DNA from: a virus | Taxonomy: Duplodnaviria; Heunggongvirae; Uroviricota; Caudoviricetes | Length of the DNA stretch: 37,911 bases | IMG/VR virus record: IMGVR_UViG_2740892042_000001 | Location: 1-37,911 of that record | Direction: 5' to 3' (one strand) | Shown here: piece after piece, positions 1 through 7,857 of the stretch | How positions within the stretch are numbered: the first letter of the stretch is position 1 | Layout: the number at the start of each line of letters is the position of its first letter | Program-made: the position numbers and the translations under genes | Notes under the pieces: generated by a model | The model's database searches: none | Told to the model about the DNA's origin: nothing | Seen by the model: only the letters and a program-made list of their open reading frames with translations

Positions 1-1305
1 CTATGCTTGTTTAATTACATCTGATCCCACAGCGTGGGGCATGGATGGGGCAAACTCACTCAATTTCTGGTTTAAAATGGATACCTGATCCTGATTGTTT
101 TCTGCCATCCACGATCCGTAAACGCGATAAACCATCTGAGCATCCGAGTGTCCCATTTGCTTCGCGATGAAGTTAGGGTTAGCGCCAGCGGTCAAAGACC
201 AACATGCATAAGTGTGCCTGGACTGATATGCTTTGCGGTAGCGAATCCCGGCGCGTCGCATTGCAGTTTCCCATGACTGATTAATCGACCCAACTGCATA
301 ATGGTACCCGGCAAGGCCATTACGCGTAACGATTTGCGGATTGAAAACAAAAGTGCACGGATGCATTTCAGTTCGACCATACTCACGAAGTTTCACTTCA
401 ACCTGATACTGCTTACCAAGCCGTGTCATTTCAGCCTGATTCTTAAGCACTTCTATTGCTGGTTGAATTAGGTTGATAACACGGTTTGTTCCCGCTTCGG
501 TTTTAGGAAGAGTGAACTCTTTCGTTAATGTGTGGTTTCTTCTGATCGTCATTGTCCCAGCCTTCAGGTCTATATCTTCCCATGCCAGAGAAACCAACTC
601 TCCGTGGCGAACTCCCGTATAAACAGCCAGTGACCACATATTTTTTAATTGCTGATGCTTAAATGCGTTAATCAACCTGACAAACTCATCACGGGTTAAC
701 GGATCAGGTTCCGTTCGTGATCTCTTCAGTTGCGAAATGGCTGCGAACGGATTTTCTTTGATGTATCCGCTGTCGGCTGCGAACTGAAACATCCCCGCCA
801 TGGTGTTCATGTAGTTATTAACTGTTGGCACGGAGCGTCCCTTAATGGGTGTTTTTTGCCCTCGTTTCAGAACATGATATCCGGTCAGCAAATCCTTTCG
901 TATGAACAGCAGTTCTTCCTGAGTCACTGCAGATGCAAGTCTGTTGCCTCCGATTCGGGGAACCATATTTCTTACAATGGAGCTGTAACGCCCCATCGCA
1001 TTGGTACTGATTTCCAGCTTTTTCAGATCCAGCCATTTCTCAGCCAGGTCTGCGACGGTAATTTCCTTACTTTCCGCACCAAATTTTCTCAGGTTGGGAG
1101 AGTCCGGAAACTGAGCGGCATAGTCGAAATTACCCGTCTTAATGGAAAAACAAACAGATGCTCGTAGCTCGCCAGCTATTTTCCTGTTTTTTGGTGTATC
1201 CGGCACACCGAGACTTTCCCGCACTCGTGTGCCTTTATACATGAACCATATGCGGAGTGATCCGCCATGGTTCTCAACGCCTGTTGGGTATGCTGTCTTA
1301 GCCAT
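1..1305 (-). CDS. int: Phage integrase, tyrosine recombinase family
   Basis: 434-aa minus-strand ORF ending at window position 1; C-terminal catalytic region with conserved R/H/Y context (..GVRHGEL.., ..SRHTYACW..); adjacent to xis at the prophage edge. Confidence 0.9.
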   Translation of the reverse strand: MAKTAYPTGVENHGGSLRIWFMYKGTRVRESLGVPDTPKNRKIAGELRASVCFSIKTGNFDYAAQFPDSPNLRKFGAESKEITVADLAEKWLDLKKLEISTNAMGRYSSIVRNMVPRIGGNRLASAVTQEELLFIRKDLLTGYHVLKRGQKTPIKGRSVPTVNNYMNTMAGMFQFAADSGYIKENPFAAISQLKRSRTEPDPLTRDEFVRLINAFKHQQLKNMWSLAVYTGVRHGELVSLAWEDIDLKAGTMTIRRNHTLTKEFTLPKTEAGTNRVINLIQPAIEVLKNQAEMTRLGKQYQVEVKLREYGRTEMHPCTFVFNPQIVTRNGLAGYHYAVGSINQSWETAMRRAGIRYRKAYQSRHTYACWSLTAGANPNFIAKQMGHSDAQMVYRVYGSWMAENNQDQVSILNQKLSEFAPSMPHAVGSDVIKQA

Positions 1306-1350
1306 TGTTCCCTCCTGACGCCCAAGAGCGCATTAAGCATAAACGGTTCT

Positions 1351-1596
1351 TCATCGACGCGCACCAGGCTGTTTTTTTGACATACTCTCAACCCACTGGT
1401 CGATAGCCTTGCGGTTATACATGCATTCGCTGTTTTCTTTTGGAATACCGTCCGGTGCAACATGGAGATATTCACGACCAACAAGCCAGGATTGTTTACG
1501 TGCTCTCTCTATGGTTCCTGGGCGTAAACCTGTAATTTCGATCAGTTTTTGCTCTGTCACCCAGTCGTTGGGCACAATTAAGTTAACTTCGCTCAT
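1351..1596 (-). CDS. xis: Excisionase-like small DNA-binding protein
   Basis: Small ORF directly upstream of int on the same strand; start placed at MSEVNL (ATG 1596) behind a GGAGA Shine-Dalgarno. Size and position fit a lambdoid Xis; the longer 96-aa ORF start has no RBS. Confidence 0.6.
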   Translation of the reverse strand: MSEVNLIVPNDWVTEQKLIEITGLRPGTIERARKQSWLVGREYLHVAPDGIPKENSECMYNRKAIDQWVESMSKKQPGARR

Positions 1597-1668
1597 TGTT
1601 TTCTCCGGTGCTGGAATGAAAGGGGGGTTAACATGCCTCATTGGGGTTGAGGCTGTGTGATTCCATGG

Positions 1669-2013
1669 TTAGTCCTTGCGTAGTTCGCTAATTCTTCTGT
1701 AAGTCTCTGGTGCTTTGTTCCCGTACGTCTTCATTTCAGACTTCAACAGAGCAACGAGTGAATCCCATTCGTTGAGGATTCCTTTGAATGCCGGAACGCG
1801 CTTTGCAACCTTGTCGAATGAATCTCTGATTTCTGGAATCTGCTCAACAAGTGCAACGCATCGTCTGAAATCGGCTGCGTCATGGGGAGCGCCGAAGTGA
1901 TGACCATAGATATTCTTTTTCAGGCCACATGCGATTGAGGCAAGAGTTGCGCTACTGATGCCGACATCGCCAGTCGATTGCCATTTCAAAACCTTCATAG
2001 CCAAATCTGACAT
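1669..2013 (-). CDS. Hypothetical early-left protein (114 aa)
   Basis: Clean minus-strand ORF; RBS TGGAGATAAG before ATG 2013; lies in the int-proximal accessory block. Confidence 0.55.
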   Translation of the reverse strand: MSDLAMKVLKWQSTGDVGISSATLASIACGLKKNIYGHHFGAPHDAADFRRCVALVEQIPEIRDSFDKVAKRVPAFKGILNEWDSLVALLKSEMKTYGNKAPETYRRISELRKD

Positions 2014-2026
2014 TTCTTATCTCCAA

Positions 2027-2048
2027 TAAAAAAACCTCCATCAGGAGG
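2027..2048 (-). terminator. Hairpin plus T-run (candidate intrinsic terminator)
   Basis: Minus-strand read: CCTCC-TGAT-GGAGG stem-loop followed by 7 T; overlaps the stop of the 55-aa ORF. Confidence 0.4.
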
Positions 2049-2208
2049 CTTTGTGTTCTTTCAGTTCTTCAATTCGAATATTGGTTACGTCTGCATGTGC
2101 TATCTGCGCCCATATCATCCAGTGGTTATAGCAGTCGTTGATGTCCTCTGCTTCGATAACTCTGTTGAATGGTTCTCCATTCCATTCACCTGTAACTCGG
2201 AAGTGCAT
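2041..2208 (-). CDS. Small hypothetical protein (55 aa, MHFRVTGEWNGEPF...)
   Basis: Below the 60-aa track cutoff; own translation from the minus strand; GGAGATGATAA RBS before ATG 2208; bracketed by two hairpin/T-run structures. Confidence 0.4.
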   Translation of the reverse strand: MHFRVTGEWNGEPFNRVIEAEDINDCYNHWMIWAQIAHADVTNIRIEELKEHKAS

Positions 2209-2221
2209 TTATCATCTCCAT

Positions 2222-2245
2222 AAAACAAAACTCGCCGTAGCGAGT
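2222..2245 (-). terminator. Hairpin plus T-rich tract (candidate intrinsic terminator)
   Basis: Minus-strand read: ACTCGC-TACG-GCGAGT stem-loop followed by TTTTGTTTT. Confidence 0.4.
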
Positions 2246-2296
2246 TCAGATAAAAGAAATCCCCGCGAGTGCGAGGATAGTTACTTGTTCATATTA

Positions 2297-2578
2297 TTAA
2301 TCGTCAATGTATTTTGAGCATTGTGGGCAATCATCAATCCCACAATACGATTCATATGCATCCTTTATTGCGTCGCGGGCTTCAGTAAGAGTATTGAATA
2401 AGTTGCAGCTATTATCTTTTTGATATAGGTAAGTTCCTAATTTATAAGCAGAAGAAGCATCATTTCCGCTGTCTAAAATTACATCGTTATGGATTCTGCA
2501 CCTTGCAAGAACTCCTGATCCCATAAGGGTCTGCATAGCCCATTGCTCTTGATCTTCACACAAATCATGAATGCTCAT
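2297..2578 (-). CDS. Hypothetical Cys-rich protein (93 aa)
   Basis: Track ORF 2297..2596 begins at a GTG; internal ATG at 2578 has a GAGGTG RBS. Contains C-x2-C near the C-terminus (CGIDDCPQC); AT-rich upstream region 2600-2690. Confidence 0.5.
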   Translation of the reverse strand: MSIHDLCEDQEQWAMQTLMGSGVLARCRIHNDVILDSGNDASSAYKLGTYLYQKDNSCNLFNTLTEARDAIKDAYESYCGIDDCPQCSKYIDD

Positions 2579-2692
2579 TTCAACACCTCTCTTCACGTTT
2601 CACACACGTTAAGATTAACAGTGTTTTTACATGCTTTGGAAGATTTATTTTATAAAAACTCTTTTAATACAAATAGATATAATAGTTCACTA

Positions 2693-3256
2693 TTATAGCT
2701 CCTTTAATCGAGGCGGTTCTGGTAGTGGCATCCAGTGTGACGGCTCACATACCCCCTCAACACCATTCATGTAAAAGAATTGAAATAACCCTTTACCTTT
2801 GTGAAACCCTACCATCTGCTCTTTTGTGTCTGAGCAATAAACCAAAACATCTTCTTCGTTCGGCATTAGCTCACTACAGCTTATCCAACCATCCGGAGTT
2901 ACCGGAGAGTTGCCATTTACATCGAAGTTTGGCTCTGCGTCCTGAACCAGGAGGATGTAACCATTCTTGGCTGTATCAAGTTCTAACGCCTCGGTGACGG
3001 TGCCGAAATAGCGATTACCTAAATCAGCATCACAAGTGCTTACATCAATGGAAACTTCCATGCCTTCGATTAATTCTGGCAAGTTGTAAGTTTGGCTTAC
3101 AGGTTCTGCACTATCGGCTTCGCGCCGCTTCTGTAGCTCTGCTGCCATCGCTCTCACGACTTCAACTGGTGCCCTTGCAGCAAACTCTATGTTGGTGATC
3201 AGCTCATTAAGATATTGCTCGCTGGGATACTGTTTCTTATCGGTTAAAGGGGTCAT
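2693..3256 (-). CDS. DUF551-like phage protein
   Basis: C-terminal region (..GWISCSELMPNEEDVLVY..GFHKGKGLFQFF..HWMPLPEPP) matches my recollection of the DUF551 domain. Start set at MTPLTDKK (ATG 3256), 1 nt after the upstream gene's stop. Confidence 0.65.
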   Translation of the reverse strand: MTPLTDKKQYPSEQYLNELITNIEFAARAPVEVVRAMAAELQKRREADSAEPVSQTYNLPELIEGMEVSIDVSTCDADLGNRYFGTVTEALELDTAKNGYILLVQDAEPNFDVNGNSPVTPDGWISCSELMPNEEDVLVYCSDTKEQMVGFHKGKGLFQFFYMNGVEGVCEPSHWMPLPEPPRLKEL

Positions 3257-3257
3257 A

Positions 3258-3956
3258 TCACTCTCCTTTGATGCGAATGCCTGCGGCGCGTGGCACATTA
3301 ACTTCCACGATGCGCACTGTTGGTTTGTACATCTCAATCGCTGTCAGCCAGTCAGCTCCTGTCATGCGCTTTTCCGCATCGCCATTAGTCCACTGAACCG
3401 GTACACCAATAGCCTTCATAGCGATTTCTATTTCCCCGGCAATGGCGCTTTTTCCGCAACCAGTAAAACCAGATACAACGACCAGAACTTCACCTTTGGC
3501 TGGTTTTATTTCCCGCGCTTCCAGTTCAGCAATGCGCTTACTCCCATCCGAGATAACACCTTCGTAATATTCACGCTGTTCGTTGAGTTTTGATTTTGCT
3601 TCCTCAAGCTCAACACGCAGCTTCCCTACCGTTAGCGCAATATCCTCGTTCTCCTGGTCGCGGCGTTTGATGTATTGCTGGTTCCTTTCCCGTTCATCCA
3701 GTAGTGCCAGCACGGTAGCTGGACTGGCTGCGGCGATGAATTCAGCATTGGCCTGCTGTTCCATTTGGAAATCTTCATCGAAACCGCTTTCTGGATGCGC
3801 TCCTTCAATTCTGCAAATAGGAATATATCCAGCAGCCTCGCGATGAATTAGCGCATCATCACCATCAAATCGGCTCTCTCCATATTCGAGCGACCACTCA
3901 CCACACGTTGCTTTCTCTGCCTTTTCACGCAATGCCTGATAGTCAATCTTGTTCAC
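3258..3956 (-). CDS. Ea22-like early protein with coiled-coil centre and C-terminal P-loop-like motif
   Basis: Minus-strand ORF; start proposed at GTG 3956 with GGGAGA RBS (NKIDYQALREKAEK.. N-terminus typical of Ea22-like proteins); charged central coiled-coil; C-terminal GFTGCGKS resembles a Walker A motif. Confidence 0.55.
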   Translation of the reverse strand: MNKIDYQALREKAEKATCGEWSLEYGESRFDGDDALIHREAAGYIPICRIEGAHPESGFDEDFQMEQQANAEFIAAASPATVLALLDERERNQQYIKRRDQENEDIALTVGKLRVELEEAKSKLNEQREYYEGVISDGSKRIAELEAREIKPAKGEVLVVVSGFTGCGKSAIAGEIEIAMKAIGVPVQWTNGDAEKRMTGADWLTAIEMYKPTVRIVEVNVPRAAGIRIKGE

Positions 3957-4248
3957 TGGTTGTCTCCCTTGCAGGGCTTTCGAATGTATCAAACTCAAAC
4001 AACTTAACCACGTCATCAAACAGGACATAATCGCCATCAGAATCTTCAGTCATGTCAGCGCCACAATCCTGACCGAACGAGTCACAACCATCCATATCAA
4101 GCTCGTATCGCTTGAGTTTTGCGACATTTGATAAACTCAGCGCCAGTACAGCAAGGTCATAAACCTCATCAGCGGTATACCCGGCACCATGCCCATACAT
4201 TTCAATACGCGATATGATTTCTTCTACCCGTTGTTTTGTGATTGTCAT
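3943..4248 (-). CDS. Hypothetical acidic early protein (101 aa)
   Basis: Clean ORF, overlaps neighbours by a few nt (operon-like packing). Confidence 0.5.
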   Translation of the reverse strand: MTITKQRVEEIISRIEMYGHGAGYTADEVYDLAVLALSLSNVAKLKRYELDMDGCDSFGQDCGADMTEDSDGDYVLFDDVVKLFEFDTFESPARETTSEQD

Positions 4249-4748
4249 TTTTGCTCACCTCCTTTTCGAAGCTGGGCGGCGAAGCATCTTGCCGCTCTGG
4301 CTGTCTCTTTCAAGACTTCTGTGTACTCGTCATCGAATGGGTCTATACTTTTGATATTGAATTCGGCGAAGTCTTCCAGTGCCTTAGCGCCGCCCTGCGC
4401 ACGTACTTCAGCCAGGAAAGCGTCGGTGGCTGGGGTGTCTGATTGCAGAGACTTTGCGCGATAGTCATTCCACCCTCTTGCATACATGGGATTAACTTGC
4501 ACTCCATCTTTTACGCAATATGCCTGCCCTCCACGGTTGATAACCTTGATTTCGTCCATAGCGCCAGACTTCAGCCCCGCATTCTCCGCTGCCAGCGCCG
4601 CGTACTTGGCCTCCGCTTCAGCAAATTTACGCACCAGATATTCAGCGTTTGTTTCGTTAACCTTTAAATCACTTGGGATGCATTTACCTTTCAGAAATCC
4701 ATCCATCTCAATTAGTGACATTTGTTTCATTTCTTCCCACTCCGCCAC
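4245..4748 (-). CDS. Hypothetical early protein (167 aa)
   Basis: Clean ORF; ATGA-type overlap with the downstream gene. Confidence 0.55.
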   Translation of the reverse strand: MAEWEEMKQMSLIEMDGFLKGKCIPSDLKVNETNAEYLVRKFAEAEAKYAALAAENAGLKSGAMDEIKVINRGGQAYCVKDGVQVNPMYARGWNDYRAKSLQSDTPATDAFLAEVRAQGGAKALEDFAEFNIKSIDPFDDEYTEVLKETARAARCFAAQLRKGGEQK

Positions 4749-4924
4749 ATCGCATTCAGATATTTGTTGTCATTAACAGAACCGAAACTCTTTCTCTTAA
4801 GCAATTCCTCTCTCGATGGCATTGGCTTTACGCGTTGGCGAATAATCATTTCTGCCGGAAGAATGCCGGGATTGTATGCAAGTCCTCTCATGGTAAATTC
4901 CTCAGTCATTACTGATAGCGCCAT
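4727..4924 (-). CDS. Hypothetical small protein (start uncertain)
   Basis: Track ORF 4727..5044 overlaps the upstream gene heavily; internal starts at 4924 or 4909 are more plausible; no strong RBS. Confidence 0.3.
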   Translation of the reverse strand: MALSVMTEEFTMRGLAYNPGILPAEMIIRQRVKPMPSREELLKRKSFGSVNDNKYLNAMWRSGKK

Positions 4925-5198
4925 AGCGTGAGCGGTAATTACGCAGGCGCGGGTCGATATATTCAGGGAAGTGGGTATATGTGGCTTTGCGGAATGGTCG
5001 GATTGATGTCTGGTAAATTCGCTCGCGCTCTTCTTTCTCTGCAAGCCATATACAGTGGCGAAATTCCTTTTCCTCTTTCGTTTCCTGCGGTAGCGACATT
5101 ATCAGGTCGTAGTTTTTTCTGAATTTATCCAGCACCTCCGATACGGAATTGCCGGAACAGCGGCGCGGGTCATCCGCACCATACTGAGGCGCTGGCAT
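4902..5198 (-). CDS. Hypothetical early protein (98 aa)
   Basis: ORF with AGGAG RBS before ATG 5198; immediately downstream of ssb. Confidence 0.5.
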   Translation of the reverse strand: MPAPQYGADDPRRCSGNSVSEVLDKFRKNYDLIMSLPQETKEEKEFRHCIWLAEKEERERIYQTSIRPFRKATYTHFPEYIDPRLRNYRSRYGAISND

Positions 5199-5211
5199 GA
5201 TTTTCTCCTGA

Positions 5212-5718
5212 TTAAATTGCGTGAATAGCGTGACGAGGGAAGGGGAGAGTTACTGGTGCAAAGGGTATATCGTCGTCAAAATCCATCGGAGGTTCGTTGT
5301 GTTGTGCTGGTGATGATTGCTGCTGTGGCTTCTGTGATTGCCTGCTGGCTGCTTGTTGTTTGCTGTCGCCAATGCCGCCAAGCATCTGCATCACGCCATT
5401 AATTCCGACATGAACCTCGGTTGTGTAACGGTCTTGCCCTGACTGGTCTTTCCACTTTCTGGTTCTCAGCATTCCCTCGAAATAAATCTGATCACCTTTT
5501 TTCACATACTGCCCCACGACCTCAGCCAGTTTCCCGGATACAGCAACACGATGCCATTCAGTCAATTCCTTTTGCTCGCCAGTATTTTTATCTCGCCATT
5601 GTTCTGACGTGGCTATTGTCAGGTTAGCGAACGCTGTTCCTGATGGTGAGTATCGAACTTCCGGGTCTTGTCCTACCCGACCAAGGATAATCACCTTATT
5701 TACGCCTCTGCTTGCCAT
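5212..5718 (-). CDS. ssb: Single-stranded DNA-binding protein (SSB) with C-terminal extension
   Basis: N-terminal OB-fold region near-identical in pattern to E. coli SSB ([41 protein letters not shown]..); Q-rich linker; canonical ..[12 protein letters not shown] tail present but followed in frame by 15 more codons. Confidence 0.9.
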   Translation of the reverse strand: MASRGVNKVIILGRVGQDPEVRYSPSGTAFANLTIATSEQWRDKNTGEQKELTEWHRVAVSGKLAEVVGQYVKKGDQIYFEGMLRTRKWKDQSGQDRYTTEVHVGINGVMQMLGGIGDSKQQAASRQSQKPQQQSSPAQHNEPPMDFDDDIPFAPVTLPFPRHAIHAI

Positions 5719-6426
5719 TTATGCCGCCTGTTTTAGTTCGTTAACTCTGATGTTCATTACCTGAACGCATTTAGCCTGCGCTTCCTCGTTGCCAGCCATT
5801 AATTGCCAGTCACGCTGATAACGCTCGATGAGTTTTTTCTTGTCAGTTTCTGTTGACGCATAATCGCTGAAGTCTTTCAGGATTTGTTCGCAGTCAACCG
5901 ATGGAGATTTCTGGTTGGTATTTTCTGGTGATGGTTTGTTATCTGATGCTGGGATTGCCCATCCCGGAAGCGATGGAGGGAGCCAGTAAAATCCTGTTCC
6001 ATCCTTCAGTTTTGCCCTGTGCCACCCCTGCTTTTTATCGAGAGATGTTTGTGCGAAACCTTCCTCAAGGTTATACAGATACCGACCGATTCCCCACTGA
6101 ACGGCAGCGCGCTTCATTGCACCGGAACGACCACCTTTGACGGCTTCTACCTGCGTGTTTTCAGCAGCATCCCATTTGGTTACCCATTCGGAATCAATCT
6201 TTATTGATATGCCGCATTCAACGCCGCCGTTGTTGGGAATATCGCGGTATTCATTGCGCCATCCTGCTTTGCCGCAAACATCGTCCAGGCGTTTCATGAT
6301 TGCCCGGTTCGTGACATAAGCCAGCACCATAGCCCACACCTTGCCATCGCGTGTTTTACCGCTTTGCTGTATTCGCCATTCGATATCTTCAGGGCTGAAT
6401 GGCTCATCGAATTTGTTCAAATCCAT
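5719..6426 (-). CDS. Rad52/Rad22-family single-strand annealing recombinase
   Basis: Motifs ..GGVECGISIK..KGGRSGAMKRAAVQWGIGRYLYNLEEGF.. characteristic of phage Rad52-like SSAPs; sits directly upstream of ssb (SSAP+SSB module). Confidence 0.8.
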   Translation of the reverse strand: MDLNKFDEPFSPEDIEWRIQQSGKTRDGKVWAMVLAYVTNRAIMKRLDDVCGKAGWRNEYRDIPNNGGVECGISIKIDSEWVTKWDAAENTQVEAVKGGRSGAMKRAAVQWGIGRYLYNLEEGFAQTSLDKKQGWHRAKLKDGTGFYWLPPSLPGWAIPASDNKPSPENTNQKSPSVDCEQILKDFSDYASTETDKKKLIERYQRDWQLMAGNEEAQAKCVQVMNIRVNELKQAA

Positions 6427-6434
6427 AATTCACC

Positions 6435-6605
6435 TCAGAATGGACAAGGCCCAAGGAAATAACGCTGATTTAATACTTCGACTCGGGACAAATTAAGGCA
6501 TACCCGCATTCCTTCGCGGTCACCATTATGGCGATACCAGAGAGCTTTCTGCGTGTACATGCGTCTCTGTAACTTGCTCTCCTTCACTGTGGTTGCAAGT
6601 GACAT
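6435..6605 (-). CDS. Small hypothetical ORF (56 aa)
   Basis: Own translation; strong AAGGAG RBS 6 nt before ATG 6605; overlaps an alternative 52-aa ORF in another frame. Confidence 0.3.
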   Translation of the reverse strand: MSLATTVKESKLQRRMYTQKALWYRHNGDREGMRVCLNLSRVEVLNQRYFLGPCPF

Positions 6606-6684
6606 GAATATCTCCTTCGTTACCGATTAATTCTTTCATCTGACGAATGAATTCTTCGTCTGACCAGTTATCTGTAAAACTCAT
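6526..6684 (-). CDS. Small hypothetical ORF (52 aa), translationally coupled to kil-like ORF
   Basis: ATG 6684 overlaps the TGA of the upstream ORF (ATGA); frame conflicts with the 56-aa ORF, so only one is likely real. Confidence 0.25.
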   Translation of the reverse strand: MSFTDNWSDEEFIRQMKELIGNEGDIHVTCNHSEGEQVTETHVHAESSLVSP

Positions 6685-6833
6685 TTCCTGCGATACCACG
6701 GAAGGTTGATAGCTGATTTCATCGCTTTATTTGCTTCAAGCCACATTTTTGAATCACCAATAAATCTGGCTATTACTGCTTTGTTTTGTGCAGCACGAAG
6801 CATCTGGTGATTGATGGCTATTTCATTGCGCAT
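6681..6833 (-). CDS. kil: Kil-like small protein (50 aa)
   Basis: Own translation MRNEIAINHQMLRAAQNKAVIARFIGDSKMWLEANKAM..; the FIGDxKM(F/W)xEA segment matches my recollection of lambda Kil; GGAGG RBS; position between cIII-like ORF and the recombinase as in lambda. Confidence 0.45.
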   Translation of the reverse strand: MRNEIAINHQMLRAAQNKAVIARFIGDSKMWLEANKAMKSAINLPWYRRK

Positions 6834-6952
6834 AACGCCTCCAGTTGTTTCTTTGCTGCTCTGATTAATTGTTTAACTCGGCGTGATAATTCAGATTCGT
6901 GCGGGTAGAAAGCGGACATGACGCCGCTACCCGCGAGCTGAAAGTGCATCAT
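6818..6952 (-). CDS. cIII: CIII-like protein (44 aa)
   Basis: Own translation MMHFQLAGSGVMSAFYPHESELSRRVKQLIRAAKKQL..; pattern AG..ES.L.RR.K.L....K.L resembles lambda CIII central helix; AAGGAG RBS; position downstream of N. Confidence 0.5.
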   Translation of the reverse strand: MMHFQLAGSGVMSAFYPHESELSRRVKQLIRAAKKQLEALCAMK

Positions 6953-7027
6953 GGGTAACTCCTTATATTTGATTGCATAACGAAAACGCCTCGAGTGAAG
7001 CGTTATTGGTATGCGGTAAAGCCGCGC

Positions 7028-7396
7028 TCAGGCGGCCTTGATAGCCATATCATCTGAATCAAATATTCCTGATGTATCGATATCGGTAATTCTTATTCCT
7101 TCGCTACCATCCATTGGAGGCCATCCTTCCTGACCATTTCCATCATTCCAGTCGAACTCACACACAACACCATATGCATTTAAGTCGCTTGAAATTGCTA
7201 TAAGCAGAGCATGTTGCGCCAGCATGATTAATACAGCATTTAATACAGAGCCGTGTTTATTGAGTCGGTATTCAGAGTCTGACCAGAAATTATTAATCTG
7301 GTGAAGTTTTTCCTCTGTCATTACGTCATGGTCGATTTCAATTTCTATTGATGCTTTCCAGTCGTAATCAATGATGTATTTTTTGATGTTTGACAT
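7028..7396 (-). CDS. Hypothetical strongly acidic protein (122 aa)
   Basis: Clean ORF with GAGGA RBS; about 27 Asp/Glu versus 8 Lys/Arg; lies in the N-cIII delayed-early accessory slot. Confidence 0.6.
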   Translation of the reverse strand: MSNIKKYIIDYDWKASIEIEIDHDVMTEEKLHQINNFWSDSEYRLNKHGSVLNAVLIMLAQHALLIAISSDLNAYGVVCEFDWNDGNGQEGWPPMDGSEGIRITDIDTSGIFDSDDMAIKAA

Positions 7397-7416
7397 CTGT
7401 TCATATCCTCACAGAT

Positions 7417-7442
7417 AAAAAATCGCCCTCACATTGGAGGGC
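7417..7442 (-). terminator. Hairpin plus T-run (candidate tL-type terminator)
   Basis: Minus-strand read: GCCCTC-CAATGT-GAGGGC followed by GATTTTTTA, just upstream of the acidic gene. Confidence 0.45.
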
Positions 7443-7561
7443 AAAGAAGATTTCCAATAATCAGAACAAGTCGGCTCCTGTTTAGTTACGAGCGACATTG
7501 CTCCGTGTATTCACTCATTGGAATGAATACACAGTGCAGTGTTTATTCTGTTGTTTATGCC

Positions 7562-7590
7562 AAAAATAAAGGCTACCATCAGGCAGCCTT
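7562..7590 (-). terminator. Hairpin plus T-run overlapping the end of the Ral-like ORF
   Basis: Minus-strand read: AAGGCTGCC-TGAT-GGTAGCCTT (one mismatch) followed by TATTTTTGG. Confidence 0.35.
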
Positions 7591-7779
7591 GTTATTATGT
7601 TTACCAAGTTCTCTGGCAATCATTGCCGTCGTTCGTATTGCCCATTTATCGACATATTTCCCATCTTCCATTACAGGAAACATTTCTTCAGGCTTAACCA
7701 TGCATTCCGATTGCAGCTTGCATCCATTGCATCGTTTGAATTGTCCACACCATTGATTCTTATCAATAGTCGTAGTCAT
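7579..7779 (-). CDS. ral: Ral-like restriction alleviation protein (66 aa)
   Basis: 66-aa ORF immediately downstream of N, matching lambda ral in size and position; sequence matches my recollection of lambda Ral; not database-verified. Confidence 0.55.
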   Translation of the reverse strand: MTTTIDKNQWCGQFKRCNGCKLQSECMVKPEEMFPVMEDGKYVDKWAIRTTAMIARELGKHNNKAA

Positions 7780-7849
7780 ACGGATAGTCCTGGTATTGTT
7801 CCATCACATCCTGCGGATGCTCTTCGAACTCTTCAAATTCTTCTTCCAT
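7763..7849 (-). CDS. Tiny acidic ORF (28 aa, MEEEFEEFEEHPQD...)
   Basis: GAGGTG RBS 4 nt before ATG 7849; overlaps the Ral-like start in another frame; may be translated or only a leader. Confidence 0.2.
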   Translation of the reverse strand: MEEEFEEFEEHPQDVMEQYQDYPYDYDY

Positions 7850-7857
7850 ATATCACC

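Noticed and set aside
1176-1660. Overlapping 102-aa (minus) and 83-aa (plus) ORFs
   Set aside because: They overlap int and xis in alternative frames or on the opposite strand and have no RBS; int and xis explain the region.
4443-4931. Plus-strand ORFs of 60-96 aa in the left arm
   Set aside because: All are antisense to better-supported minus-strand genes in a minus-transcribed operon and lack ribosome-binding sites.
5719-6426. Possible Red-beta, RecT or Erf recombinase
   Set aside because: The motifs (GIGRYLY, KGGRSGAMKRAAV) fit the Rad52/Rad22-like family rather than the lambda Bet, RecT or P22 Erf sequences I recall, so it is called Rad52-like.
6985-7004. Hairpin AACGC..GCGTT downstream of the acidic gene
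   Set aside because: Only a 5-bp stem with a 10-nt loop and a weak T tract; too weak to call a terminator.
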